From assembly GCA_000002435.2 (NCBI GenBank), contig CM018793.1: a DNA stretch of 64,000 nucleotides, one strand, 5' to 3'. Source of the stretch: Giardia intestinalis. Lineage: Eukaryota. The notes below the pieces were generated by a model. That model did no database searches. It saw only the letters and a list, made by a program, of their open reading frames with translations, and had not been told where the DNA came from. Positions 21,782-34,100 of this stretch are shown here, piece after piece (position 1 is the stretch's first letter; every line of letters starts with the position of its first letter). A program made the translations under genes and the position numbers.

Positions 21782-24700
21782 TTACTCATCGGCCCCCGGG
21801 CGGCGCTCGGCCCGCATGCCGCTGTGACTCGGGACCGGGCAGCGACCAGGGAAAGCCTGGGGCCGACCGGGCGCCCCGAAGGCTCTGCTCTCCTGGCTTC
21901 CCCTTACCTGGAAGACAAGGAGTTAGTTTAGCACCTTTTCTGCTGCTAAGCTGCTCTGCCTCCTGCTAGAAGGAAGCGAGTGAGCCCTTGGGTATCCGGT
22001 AAGACTTCTGAGTAAACGAGGTAATGCTTCGGTGAGTGTACGTTAGTCGCATCGGCACAGAGCGCGTACTAATCAGACGAAGTCACATGTCTGCTAACTT
22101 CTATATAATATTCTAAAGCTATCCGGTCTCTGGGTGGCACCGCCAGGTATGTAGCGGGGCCCGTGGCCATTAAGACCCAGAAGGGCCTCCTCTCCTACTT
22201 GGCTCCGGAGTCAGTCCCAGTAGAGCATTGTTATGAGGCTGTTGTGCAGAGAGACACCGAATAGTTTGTACCGGTACACACCCCTTGTCCCCAGACGGCA
22301 CTCACCAGGGGTAGGCATTCGTAGAACCGCAGCATCGTGGGCTTGTGCACCGCTCACTGCCCACACACGTGTAGCTGCAGGCACACAAGCCAGTCGAGAG
22401 GCGCTCGCTTGCCAGAGATCCCTCACCACTGTTCAGAACACCGAACCGACGCTCCTGCCAGCGCGCCGCTCTTTGTAAGATACTCCAGAGAAGCTCAGGC
22501 CGTCGCTCAACAGCGTGCATGCCCGAGGCCTCTGTTTAGAGAACACTGCGCTAGCCTCTGCATGCCTTGAAGGCGCAGAAAAGAGGGTCTACCGATAGAG
22601 CCCTACACCATGTCCAGACATCCATGTTTTCAGAATCTTCGCGCAAGGATAAGAGGTAGAATGGGCAGAGCTCCACTGGCCTCGCGTCATGCAGATAGCG
22701 ATGCTATGCGTACCACATGATTGCATGCCACCGCACGAAGACAAGAGCCTGTATCAGCAGCCGACGGCATTTTACCAGTAGACCGAGGGACATTCCCACA
22801 CTGTACTCAGTCTCTCGCGTAACTTTCAAGCATGTTCGGTCGTGCTGGACGCTGCCTTTAGTTATATCTTGCTGAATAGCCAACGCAGTTGGCAGTGACC
22901 CCAAATATAGTGCGCCTTGCCTAATTCAGACTTCGGGATAGGCGTGTGGAAGACAAGCAGACGCATAGTATGGAGTACAGAGAGCCGTAGAGGCAGTTCT
23001 AAGTGCAGCATAGAGAAGCAGAGTGGGCTGTGGCCTCATGTGGTTAGAGGTATATGAGCGTATAGTCTTCTGTTCAGGACACATATCTTGGGAACCACTG
23101 CGTTGAGTCCTCTAGACCATCACTTGGAGGACGAACCGTCATGCAATGCAGGGCTGCATGCCAAAAGACACATGTCTGTCAGGAGAAGGTCGAAGGACAG
23201 ATCCACAGGCATTGCATGACTTGCTGGCATTCTTCTGTACAGAGCGTAATGCCTCGTGACAGGGAAGTCGTAGTTTTGTCACCAACCCTAATAGGGCTAA
23301 GGCATGGTCAGCGCGGAACTATGCATTCCTGCTGTGGTGCCCACAGAAGTGCTTGTCGAAGAAGATGCTTGCGCTCTCTGAGGGCACACACGAGGAGGAG
23401 CTGTGTAATGCGAAGAGCCTGGCACAGACCTTAAAGGGCTCAGGCTCGTGGTCATAAAAAGTCGCTCCTGCCCGTCTCCGCGGGTACTGCAGTTCTCGAT
23501 GGCGGATCATCGCGTCTTCTCCTTAACCGGCACGTTGGCAACCTGGTCTCTGGCGTAGGCACGCAGAGCATCGGGCCAGAAGCGCCGACTCGTTACCTCC
23601 TTTGCTCGGCCAAGTCCCGTGTTGGCCACAGAACACGCGTGTCTGCCCCCAGTGCGTAGCCGCTGAATCCTCAACAGAGGGACGTGTTCAGAAGTCTACG
23701 CTAACGCAGCCCACTGCAAGCAAAGTTCATCTGTCTCTCAGAGAAGAGGCGGCTGGGCCGTGTGTTGCGCATCAGGAGGCCTTTATGAAGGGCGCCCGCA
23801 CGTCTCGTCACACATGTGCGTCCGAGTGACAAGTAGCAGCCGGCGATACGGCCGCCCTCAGCTTCGCAGACACAGCGGGTGTGCTTACTGGTGTTCAAAG
23901 CAGTATGCCGTTGATCGTGGCATGCCTTTTCTCCAGGAGGGCTGGACGCCACTCGAATTGTGACTGTGTCCCATAGACGGGTGCTCTCCTTGTTACTCTG
24001 TAACACTCGTGCGCATCGGGACCGGCGATTCGCATCTGTGATCCAGACAGGAGCAGCGTCTTGTACTTCCGAGTAAGATGCAGCCGGCCCGCGAGCCTAC
24101 GTGCCGATCTATAGTCTATAACAAGCAAGCGGCAACCACTTGGCGTGCTACTCACGTGGACATTGCAGACTCTGCATCTGAATCGAGAGGCTTGACAGCG
24201 TACCGATTCCACGCTTGGCCGTCATAGGAGCCGGTTCCTTCTGCTTAGTAGCAAGCAGTCAGGCTTTACCGGTAGGAATGATTCGGTATAGTTGAGCGGC
24301 CCGAATAGACCCTAGCGACACCACGGCTTTCTGTTTATATTAAACGCCTTCGCTGTACTGGGGTCTCAGTGAGAAGACAAGCACAGATCCAGGCATGCAA
24401 GCCTTTAGAGATGCGTACTGCACGCAATTCCGGTGTGCTCGCCTGACGAGTCCTACTGCTCTAGCCGGCATACCGTTAGATCCTTCTGTACAGATTGAGC
24501 GAGCAGATATTAGCATACGGGTCACGTTAAGTATCTATGTTCAAGGCAGCTGCTGCTGAACGGGCACACCCAGAGCCACTGTCGCGTAAGATGCCAGCAA
24601 GATTCGCGGCCGCAGAGCACACTGTAATCTGGCGACTGATTTGGTCATGCCGCTCCTTTGTCCGCTGGAAACTCGGCTGGGCGCGGTAGAGAGCGCGTCG

Positions 24701-27700
24701 GGAGAACTCGATGGGAGAGGACTGGCAGGGCTTCCTGCGCCACGAGGGGAGCCACCGCAGGAGGACGCGCAGACACGCACGCCAGGCCACAGTAGACACG
24801 CGGACGCCCCTGTAGACTGGGCTGGCAGCAGGCGTCCGCAGAATCCGCGCCAGAGCCAGCTGCTCAAAAAACTGGGCAGCCTCTGGTCGTGTGCAGGCCT
24901 TGCAGAGCGCTGCGGCTCCCGACACTCGGCGACCCCTCTCAGAGCGGAAGACCCCGCGGGCCGCAGGCAGCAGCTCGTCGTCGGCGATGTCCCGAACGAA
25001 GGGGACGGCCCCAGCCTGCCCGCCTCCGTAGAGCTCTGGGCATCTGCAGACAAACCGGGGCTGCGCAGAGTGCGGCTCTCCCTGGCGGCCGAGGGCGGGG
25101 GTCCTCAGCAATACCAAAAAACTCCGATCAATACATCAGCCCCAGCGCCGCCGTGTGCAAAGCGGTCTGTTCTGTGTGGCGGCCTAAGCCAGCTCGTACT
25201 GCGGCGATGGCCCGGGTGAGGGCGCCCTGCTCGCCCGACGGACCGGGGCAGGCAGGCAACAAACACCCGCTAAAGCTTTTGTGCAAGGCCTGTACATATT
25301 TAATTTCACATTATTCGTTGGTCTGTTTTTAGTTTTATCGCCGCTTCTATCGGATGGGCTCTGGGGCAATGACGGCGGAGACGCGCGCCTCCGTTCTGCT
25401 CGAGCTCGCGAAGCAGGTCGTCGCTGCCCGGCGGCTGGGGGAGACGGCCGAGAGCCTCGCGCGGCGGCCGCTGCTCCTCCACCGGCACGTGCTCCGGACG
25501 GCCATCGACTGGAAGAAGATCGCCCGCGCCCTGTCCGAGGACCGGAGCAGGATCTATCACTGGTACCGCGAGACGCACTCGCGGAGCATCCTCAACGTGA
25601 AGATGACCGGCGAGGACCGCAGGGCCATCAAGGCGATGATCATCGCCGGGGTCAGGGACCGGAGCATCCTGGGCCCGGACTTCTACCGCAGGGTCCACGA
25701 GCGCTTCGGGGCGAAGTATCCGCGCCAGGAGCTGCGGATGACGTACAACAACGCGCTCCGCACCCAGGACGTCCGCGCCGCCCTGGAGGAGCACGGGGTG
25801 GTGCTGCCGCGCCGCACATACGGCCCGAGGGCGGCCAAGCAGGAGGAGGAGGTATCTCCTGTGACGGCCTCTCCCCCGCCCCCCTGCGTTCTTGGTTGCG
25901 CCGCGCCTCCGCTGGTGCCGCCCGTCGGGGGGCCGGTCTTTGTGGCCCCGGGCGCGGTCTCTGCGCTTCTGCCCCCGCACGCGCCGGGGTGCCTCGTCCT
26001 CGCCCTCCCGCCCGGGGTCGTTCCTGGGCCTGGCGTCCTCCCGCTCCAGACGGGCCAGGGTCTCCTCGGGTCGCCCGTTGCATTCGCATGCGTGCCATGC
26101 TTCCCCCCTGCGAGCTACGGAGGCGTGCCTGGGTGCGCTGATGCGAGCCCCAGTAAGGGTTGAGGACTGGAGACCCCGGCTTGCTTGGTGGTTGGCGAAG
26201 AGTGGTCGGTAGGAGCAGCTAATGGCCGGAGCCTGGTCAGTGACGAGACCGTCATGTCTAGAGCGTGCAGCATGCTCAACCACGGCACAGCGCAGGGCCC
26301 ACCAGACGCAGGCTACGACGGTCTGGATGTCGCGCAACCCGCATTCTGCGCATTGCTGAAGAGACCACATACAGCAGACGAAGGCAGGGCTCTTCCATGT
26401 GCCCAGACGACTCGAACACCGCGGTCTGGGCCAACGATCTACCAGACAGGCCCGTCCGGTAACAGGCGACTGAATGCTCTCTGGGCCGTGAGCTAGGACT
26501 GATGTGCAGCTGGCCGGCCACGACATTCACCCTGGCTGGCCCTCTGTCTTCACGCGCCGACACGCCAAGGAGCTGCAGGCCGGCTCTCGACACAGACTGA
26601 TGCTTGTCTCCTTGTTGGCAGGTCGTGAGTGGAAGAGTGGACGCGCTCTGTAAACGGCATACTCGATCCGCTCGTTCGGTGAAGCTTTTATCAAGAAGAG
26701 ATGCGATGATTGTCTCACCAGGCATACTATTGTCTGCGCACCTGTGCCTCAGATGCGGCCACCACGGCGCAGCTGCATCTCCGATCATCCTGGGCACACC
26801 TCCTGGCACGAGCAGGTGCGCCGGAAGGGATGCACTGCCCACCGCCGAGAAATGGATGAACTTCCTTACCCAGGAGCCGGCTGACCACTAGCCGTGCCCA
26901 GCAAACCCCAATAAGCAGGCCTGCTGAGCCAACCCATCCAAGAAGCTGTGTATCCGGAAGAGCTTCGCGTCGAATGGCTCCTTGATTAAAGAAGCTGGCA
27001 TCCAGCGCGGCATGACGACTATCCGCCTGGTGCTGATCTGTCTGCTGGGGAACACGCAGACGCCCTAAGCTCCGTGTGAGCCTATGTTCAAAGCGTCCTT
27101 CACTGGCAGGAGATTCAAGGAACTAGGCGTAGATAGGAAGAGCATTCCCCACTGGTGCCACGAAGTACCGGTATGCTACCTGGCTACACTAATGGCAGCG
27201 AAGAGCACGAGAAGGTCCCAGGGCCTCATCGAGCGGGTCTGCCCCTAGCAGGCCCAAGTAGACGCTCTCTCCAGCAGTGTACAAGAAGCCCGGGAGGGAA
27301 CGCTCGGGTCGGAGCTGGGGTGTTGCTGGTACAGGCTGTCCTTACTGAGTGCATCCCTCAGCGTCCAATAAGTGGAAAAGTGACCGGAGCTAGGTGTGCC
27401 TGCTTCTTCTCTGCCGCCTGCATGTTGTTGCATCTCTAGCTCTTCCTCATTTGTCGAGCGACTGCTCCTTCTGGCTTCTTGCTGGTCCTCGTTCGTCGTG
27501 TAGTCTCTTTTGGAGCTGCTCCCTGGAGGCCGAGCTGACCAGCAACATAGAGGAGCCTCATTCTTAGCTTCACACTCCACAACTGGCCCAGCGACATGTT
27601 GACCATTTTACAAGCAGTTCTGGGTCGCCCAGTCTGGGGCCGGCTGCTGTGCATTCTCTGCTTGACTGCCAGGGTCAGCGTCTGGCCCAGACACTAGATG

Positions 27701-29406
27701 GACAGGAGGCACGGACAAACGCCATTTGCTTGTTGCTTTCATGATCCACGAAGCTGCTGTCTTTATGTGAATCTCGACCCAGGTCGGTCTCCGTTGTAAG
27801 TGCAACGGTCTTGCGCATGCAATCTGGAGGATCTACGTTAGAGAATCGAGCCGAGCAATCCTTGTTAGCGCCTGCCATCCGACGTCTCTGTTGTTGAACT
27901 GGCCTGTAGAAGTCCGCTATAGGCCCTCAGACTCTTTGTCTGTGAGGTCCTTCATACTGGCCGGCCTGTCCTCGCAGAGCGCACTAAGTGCCCACCTATA
28001 ACGCATGTCGGCGGCAGACTCCTCGGGAGCAATTTGCGGGGGTCTCGATGGGGTGGCCGACGCCCAGTGAACGACTCCAAGCCACCCTTTAGTGTCTGCG
28101 CTGTCGCTCCACGAGAGTGCGTAGTGGGATGCAGCCGGAATCCCCGTGTGCGGGGGCCGACAGTCAACGGCAGAAAGTTCGGCACCCCGTGTTCCCACGA
28201 CGTCTCCGATCGCAGTACTGGCGGGGCCTGACGGCGCTTCTCTTCTTAATTCGGAACGAGTTAAGGAGTTTCCGCCGTAGGATGGCCGAACTGGCGGCTG
28301 AGGGAGCTGTGCGATGCGTCAGAGACTGTTAGAGATTCATATTGTGTATTGTGCAATGACCGATATGCATGGGTGTCCCACCGAAGACCCGGTGAAGGAT
28401 GGCACCGGAGATGAGACAGGATGACCCCTGGTGGAGGAGACCACGGTGCGGGCTTGCCTGCAGATGCCGTGACTAAAATCTCAGCCCGTCCAGGAGTTTA
28501 ACGGAGGTCATGCGACCGAATACCGAGGCCTACCGGAGAGCCGCATCGCCCCTGCACGAGCCAGCAAGCACTGCCTTCGACCCGACCACAGTTGAGAGCG
28601 CCCATGTCCGTGGATGCCGTCGGTCAGGTCCCTGAAGACCACCCTGCTCACAGCCCCAGGGATCCTCTGCAGACTCTGATTTCTATATCCCTGGGGTAGA
28701 TGTTTGCAGATAGCGGCACAGGGCTCAGCAAAACCGCCAGAAGATCCGCAGCACACTGTCATTAACCATGACGTCCTGTGGTATTCATTCCATGGCTAAG
28801 CCACCAATAATGGCACTGGAACTGGAGTAAGACACTTCTAGGGTGCGACTACAGGACCGTGGAGGAGCTTCCTTCCCACGAAGGAGACCCTGCAGCTAGG
28901 GCGTGGTCCATCAACTCTTAGCACTGCACACCTTGGTAGAAGCAGAGCCAAGCCCACACTTAGAAATCGATGGCTGCTCTGTTGGACCCCGCACACGATG
29001 CTAGCTATAGAAAAGAGCCCGGGCAAGGAGATCACGCGGACCAGGTGTACCCGGACTGAGAAGCGTCTACTTTATCAAGTAACGGTAACCGGTCTATGCA
29101 CACAGATCATGTTTGGCGACAAGCTCCCCTGTAGCTCATGTATACACTGCGAACCGCTGCTTAGAAGCCTGCGTTGGAGATGCTGCAAGACACCAATGGC
29201 TGAAAGGTGTGACTAGCCGTTCTTCCAGCTATCATCTCTCTGGATGCGCCGGGTACTTAAGGTGATAGTCCAGCATTGCACGCCTTGACTGCCACGGGCC
29301 TTGTGCATAGCCGACCAGGTGCCCGACACACGCCGCTTAGGAGTGCCCAGACCCCACGGTGCTGTAGTTGGGCTGCTAGGATGCGAGAGGTGGTGCACAG
29401 AGGCGC
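21782..29406. repeat. left arm of about 7.6-kb near-perfect inverted repeat (palindrome centre 30291.5)
   Basis: The reverse complement of 31177..38801 matches this arm. Outer-boundary bases were checked (21782-21792 TTACTCATCGG pairs with 38791-38801). At the inner boundary the first mismatch is at 29407. Every six-frame ORF in this arm has an exact mirror on the opposite strand, with about 10 single amino-acid differences in total across the paired ORFs I compared (e.g. 23760.. Q vs R; 25306.. K vs E; 26276.. E vs G). Confidence 0.95.
25354..26163 (+). CDS. possible Myb/SANT-like DNA-binding protein inside GC-rich island (left-arm copy); 3' half proline-rich low complexity
   Basis: An ATG at 25354 is immediately preceded by an AT-rich stretch (25281-25353, ...ttaatttcacattattcgttggtctgtttttagttttatc...) in otherwise roughly 70% GC DNA. 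Two Myb-repeat-like units are present: ...DWKKIARALSEDRSRIYHWYRETH and TGEDRRAIKAMIIAGVRDRSILGPDFYRRVHERFGAKYPRQELRMTYNNAL. All other frames are also open here because of the GC richness, so ORF length alone is weak evidence. Confidence 0.35.
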   Translation: MGSGAMTAETRASVLLELAKQVVAARRLGETAESLARRPLLLHRHVLRTAIDWKKIARALSEDRSRIYHWYRETHSRSILNVKMTGEDRRAIKAMIIAGVRDRSILGPDFYRRVHERFGAKYPRQELRMTYNNALRTQDVRAALEEHGVVLPRRTYGPRAAKQEEEVSPVTASPPPPCVLGCAAPPLVPPVGGPVFVAPGAVSALLPPHAPGCLVLALPPGVVPGPGVLPLQTGQGLLGSPVAFACVPCFPPASYGGVPGCADASPSKG

Positions 29407-30131
29407 ATATTAGAGTCAAGATCCATGTATTTCGCCTGCCCAGGTGGGCAGAAATGTTAGAGCGTCTAGACGGACTTAGTGCGTATCGCCCGAAAGTGAA
29501 GAAGCTGTTCGTGTAGGATCTGCATCGAACAGTCGCGTCACTGAGAGAGGAGGCTCATGTCTTCTTATGACCAAGGAGCCTAGCAACAACATTTACACAG
29601 CAATGCATACTATCGCAATGGACTTTCCTTGTGGGCAGTGTTAAAATGTTCATGTGCCATGTCGTGAGGCCATGTCACATTCTGCATCTCCTGCGCCAAC
29701 GTCATCGCTGCCTATTAGTGCAGAACCTGGCTATCTTGGAAGGCTTCCTCAAGTTCGTCTATACCTTTCTCGAAGAGGGTCCTTGGTAGTGGAGCCAGCT
29801 TTATGAGTGCTGTCCACCTCCTAGCAGAGCAAATTGACGGATGATGCACATGCGGGCTATACACTTTTCCGAAGCTTGTAGGGTACGGTGTTATGGTGGC
29901 TTTAACGATACACAAGCCATGCCCACCTGCAATAGATAGCCTCGATAGGATGCTCTTGAGTAGGGCACCAGTCAGCTGTCAGTCCTTGGGTACCGCAGAA
30001 AAGCACCAGTGCCTTCTTGTTCTGCACTGCAGCGTGCTCACAGCGACACGCTGAAGGATGCATGCGACCCGGTGGAGGCGGCTTCCACTGCTATCTGATC
30101 GCCCCTTAGTGTGAGCGTGATTCGGCGGGCA

Positions 30132-30947
30132 ATGTTGTACTTGGCAGGTTTAGCATTCGCTTACTTGGCGCTTGCCGATCCAAAATCGTGCACCAACTCT
30201 CAAAATTGTGCATCTGGAACTAACTGTCTAGATGTCAATATAAATGGCCAGCAAAAAGAGATTTGCACAAAATGCGAGGCCACCCACGTCCCGGTCGAGG
30301 GGGCGTGCCAGGCGAAGGACGGGCAGGACAAGTGCACGCCGCAGGACGCCCCCGACGGGACCTGCAAGGCGTGCCAGGGGAGCACCTACCTCTACAGCGG
30401 AGGATGCTACGCCGCGTGCCCCGACGGATTCTACGGAAAGGGCGACAACACATGTGCCAGCTGTGATAGCTCCTGTGACAAGTGCGAGGCCAAGACTCCC
30501 ACGAGCTCACGCTGTACGAAGTGCGCTGTCACCCACGTCCCGATCGACGGGGCCTGCGAGACCATAGCCGCCGCAGGGGCCAAGTGCACGGCCAAGAGCA
30601 CCCCCGACGGCACGTGCCAGTCGTGCAAGGGAGAGAACTATCTATACAGAGGCGGCTGTTATGTCTCGTGCCCTCAGGGAACACCAAACTCTGAGACTAA
30701 CACATGCGATGGAGTCCCCGCCCCTGATTGCAATCTTCCTAACTGCAAGTCATGTCCTGGCGGCACGTGCACAGAGTGTAACGACGGATTTGTTCTAGGT
30801 GATGATAAAAATTGCGTGCCTTCTAGCGTCAACAAGAGCGGGCTCTCCACTGGCGCCATAGCGGGCATCGCCGTGGCCGCTATTATTGTCGTCGGGGGTC
30901 TCGTCGGTTTCCTCTGCTGGTGGTTTATCTGCAGGGGGAAGGCATAA
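30132..30947 (+). CDS. variant-specific surface protein (VSP), small, complete
   Basis: The ATG at 30132 gives the signal peptide MLYLAGLAFAYLALA. The ORF's nominal start at 30111 is GTG. The protein has many CXXC/CxC motifs (KCEATHVPVEGAC, CKACQGSTYLYSGGCY, GGCYVSCPQG). The C-terminus is the canonical TM plus tail, GAIAGIAVAAIIVVGGLVGFLCWWFICRGKA, followed by a stop. AGTAAAC lies at 30956-30962. Confidence 0.9.
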   Translation: MLYLAGLAFAYLALADPKSCTNSQNCASGTNCLDVNINGQQKEICTKCEATHVPVEGACQAKDGQDKCTPQDAPDGTCKACQGSTYLYSGGCYAACPDGFYGKGDNTCASCDSSCDKCEAKTPTSSRCTKCAVTHVPIDGACETIAAAGAKCTAKSTPDGTCQSCKGENYLYRGGCYVSCPQGTPNSETNTCDGVPAPDCNLPNCKSCPGGTCTECNDGFVLGDDKNCVPSSVNKSGLSTGAIAGIAVAAIIVVGGLVGFLCWWFICRGKA

Positions 30948-30955
30948 ATTTAGGT

Positions 30956-30962
30956 AGTAAAC
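30956..30962 (+). promoter_or_regulatory. AGTAAAC polyadenylation signal 9 nt after the VSP stop
   Basis: Read directly from the sequence. Confidence 0.6.
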
Positions 30963-31176
30963 GTGTCTCCTATTACACCCACTTACTCCATAGTTTCGAC
31001 GCCGCTATTCTACGAGGTCGCTGAGTTACCTGTCTCCGAGCATCCACTGGATTCTGTGGCAGGACCGCGCCTCCATGTTTTGCCGTGCCCGCTTCTGTAT
31101 GGCAATGAGCACCCCCTACTATTGTACAACTATTCCACCCAGAGGCAGGCGACACACAGACCCTTGGCTCTGATAG

Positions 31177-34100
31177 GCGCCTCTGTGCACCACCTCTCGC
31201 ATCCTAGCAGCCCAACTACAGCACCGTGGGGTCTGGGCACTCCTAAGCGGCGTGTGTCGGGCACCTGGTCGGCTATGCACAAGGCCCGTGGCAGTCAAGG
31301 CGTGCAATGCTGGACTATCACCTTAAGTACCCGGCGCATCCAGAGAGATGATAGCTGGAAGAACGGCTAGTCACACCTTTCAGCCATTGGTGTCTTGCAG
31401 CATCTCCAACGCAGGCTTCTAAGCAGCGGTTCGCAGTGTATACATGAGCTACAGGGGAGCTTGTCGCCAAACATGATCTGTGTGCATAGACCGGTTACCG
31501 TTACTTGATAAAGTAGACGCTTCTCAGTCCGGGTACACCTGGTCCGCGTGATCTCCTTGCCCGGGCTCTTTTCTATAGCTAGCATCGTGTGCGGGGTCCA
31601 ACAGAGCAGCCATCGATTTCTAAGTGTGGGCTTGGCTCTGCTTCTACCAAGGTGTGCAGTGCTAAGAGTTGATGGACCACGCCCTAGCTGCAGGGTCTCC
31701 TTCGTGGGAAGGAAGCTCCTCCACGGTCCTGTAGTCGCACCCTAGAAGTGTCTTACTCCAGTTCCAGTGCCATTATTGGTGGCTTAGCCATGGAATGAAT
31801 ACCACAGGACGTCATGGTTAATGACAGTGTGCTGCGGATCTTCTGGCGGTTTTGCTGAGCCCTGTGCCGCTATCTGCAAACATCTACCCCAGGGATATAG
31901 AAATCAGAGTCTGCAGAGGATCCCTGGGGCTGTGAGCAGGGTGGTCTTCAGGGACCTGACCGACGGCATCCACGGACATGGGCGCTCTCAACTGTGGTCG
32001 GGTCGAAGGCAGTGCTTGCTGGCTCGTGCAGGGGCGATGCGGCTCTCCGGTAGGCCTCGGTATTCGGTCGCATGACCTCCGTTAAACTCCTGGACGGGCT
32101 GAGATTTTAGTCACGGCATCTGCAGGCAAGCCCGCACCGTGGTCTCCTCCACCAGGGGTCATCCTGTCTCATCTCCGGTGCCATCCTTCACCGGGTCTTC
32201 GGTGGGACACCCATGCATATCGGTCATTGCACAATACACAATATGAATCTCTAACAGTCTCTGACGCATCGCACAGCTCCCTCAGCCGCCAGTTCGGCCA
32301 TCCTACGGCGGAAACTCCTTAACTCGTTCCGAATTAAGAAGAGAAGCGCCGTCAGGCCCCGCCAGTACTGCGATCGGAGACGTCGTGGGAACACGGGGTG
32401 CCGAACTTTCTGCCGTTGACTGTCGGCCCCCGCACACGGGGATTCCGGCTGCATCCCACTACGCACTCTCGTGGAGCGACAGCGCAGACACTAAAGGGTG
32501 GCTTGGAGTCGTTCACTGGGCGTCGGCCACCCCATCGAGACCCCCGCAAATTGCTCCCGAGGAGTCTGCCGCCGACATGCGTTATAGGTGGGCACTTAGT
32601 GCGCTCTGCGAGGACAGGCCGGCCAGTATGAAGGACCTCACAGACAAAGAGTCTGAGGGCCTATAGCGGACTTCTACAGGCCAGTTCAACAACAGAGACG
32701 TCGGATGGCAGGCGCTAACAAGGATTGCTCGGCTCGATTCTCTAACGTAGATCCTCCAGATTGCATGCGCAAGACCGTTGCACTTACAACGGAGACCGAC
32801 CTGGGTCGAGATTCACATAAAGACAGCAGCTTCGTGGATCATGAAAGCAACAAGCAAATGGCGTTTGTCCGTGCCTCCTGTCCATCTAGTGTCTGGGCCA
32901 GACGCTGACCCTGGCAGTCAAGCAGAGAATGCACAGCAGCCGGCCCCAGACTGGGCGACCCAGAACTGCTTGTAAAATGGTCAACATGTCGCTGGGCCAG
33001 TTGTGGAGTGTGAAGCTAAGAATGAGGCTCCTCTATGTTGCTGGTCAGCTCGGCCTCCAGGGAGCAGCTCCAAAAGAGACTACACGACGAACGAGGACCA
33101 GCAAGAAGCCAGAAGGAGCAGTCGCTCGACAAATGAGGAAGAGCTAGAGATGCAACAACATGCAGGCGGCAGAGAAGAAGCAGGCACACCTAGCTCCGGT
33201 CACTTTTCCACTTATTGGACGCTGAGGGATGCACTCAGTAAGGACAGCCTGTACCAGCAACACCCCAGCTCCGACCCGAGCGTTCCCTCCCGGGCTTCTT
33301 GTACACTGCTGGAGAGAGCGTCTACTTGGGCCTGCTAGGGGCAGACCCGCTCGATGAGGCCCTGGGACCTTCTCGTGCTCTTCGCTGCCATTAGTGTAGC
33401 CAGGTAGCATACCGGTACTTCGTGGCACCAGTGGGGAATGCTCTTCCTATCTACGCCTAGTTCCTTGAATCTCCTGCCAGTGAAGGACGCTTTGAACATA
33501 GGCTCACACGGAGCTTAGGGCGTCTGCGTGTTCCCCAGCAGACAGATCAGCACCAGGCGGATAGTCGTCATGCCGCGCTGGATGCCAGCTTCTTTAATCA
33601 AGGAGCCATTCGACGCGAAGCTCTTCCGGATACACAGCTTCTTGGATGGGTTGGCTCAGCAGGCCTGCTTATTGGGGTTTGCTGGGCACGGCTAGTGGTC
33701 AGCCGGCTCCTGGGTAAGGAAGTTCATCCATTTCTCGGCGGTGGGCAGTGCATCCCTTCCGGCGCACCTGCTCGTGCCAGGAGGTGTGCCCAGGATGATC
33801 GGAGATGCAGCTGCGCCGTGGTGGCCGCATCTGAGGCACAGGTGCGCAGACAATAGTATGCCTGGTGAGACAATCATCGCATCTCTTCTTGATAAAAGCT
33901 TCACCGAACGAGCGGATCGAGTATGCCGTTTACAGAGCGCGTCCACTCTTCCACTCACGACCTGCCAACAAGGAGACAAGCATCAGTCTGTGTCGAGAGC
34001 CGGCCTGCAGCTCCTTGGCGTGTCGGCGCGTGAAGACAGAGGGCCAGCCAGGGTGAATGTCGTGGCCGGCCAGCTGCACATCAGTCCTAGCTCACGGCCC

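Noticed and set aside
25306-26526. 406-aa ORF on the minus strand (mirror copy at 34057..35277) and several other 150-290-aa ORFs stacked in all frames across the GC island
   Set aside because: They are Arg/Pro/Gly-rich low-complexity translations typical of GC-rich DNA, where stop codons are rare. All of them overlap one another. Only the plus-strand ORF at 25354 has a protein-like N-terminal half and an AT-rich initiator.
24500-26600. Possibility that the GC-rich island is an rDNA unit (Giardia rDNA is very GC-rich)
   Set aside because: I could not find the conserved SSU/LSU rRNA core motifs by eye (for example GTAGGTGAACCTGC at the SSU 3' end, or 5.8S motifs). It is left as a search to run, not asserted.
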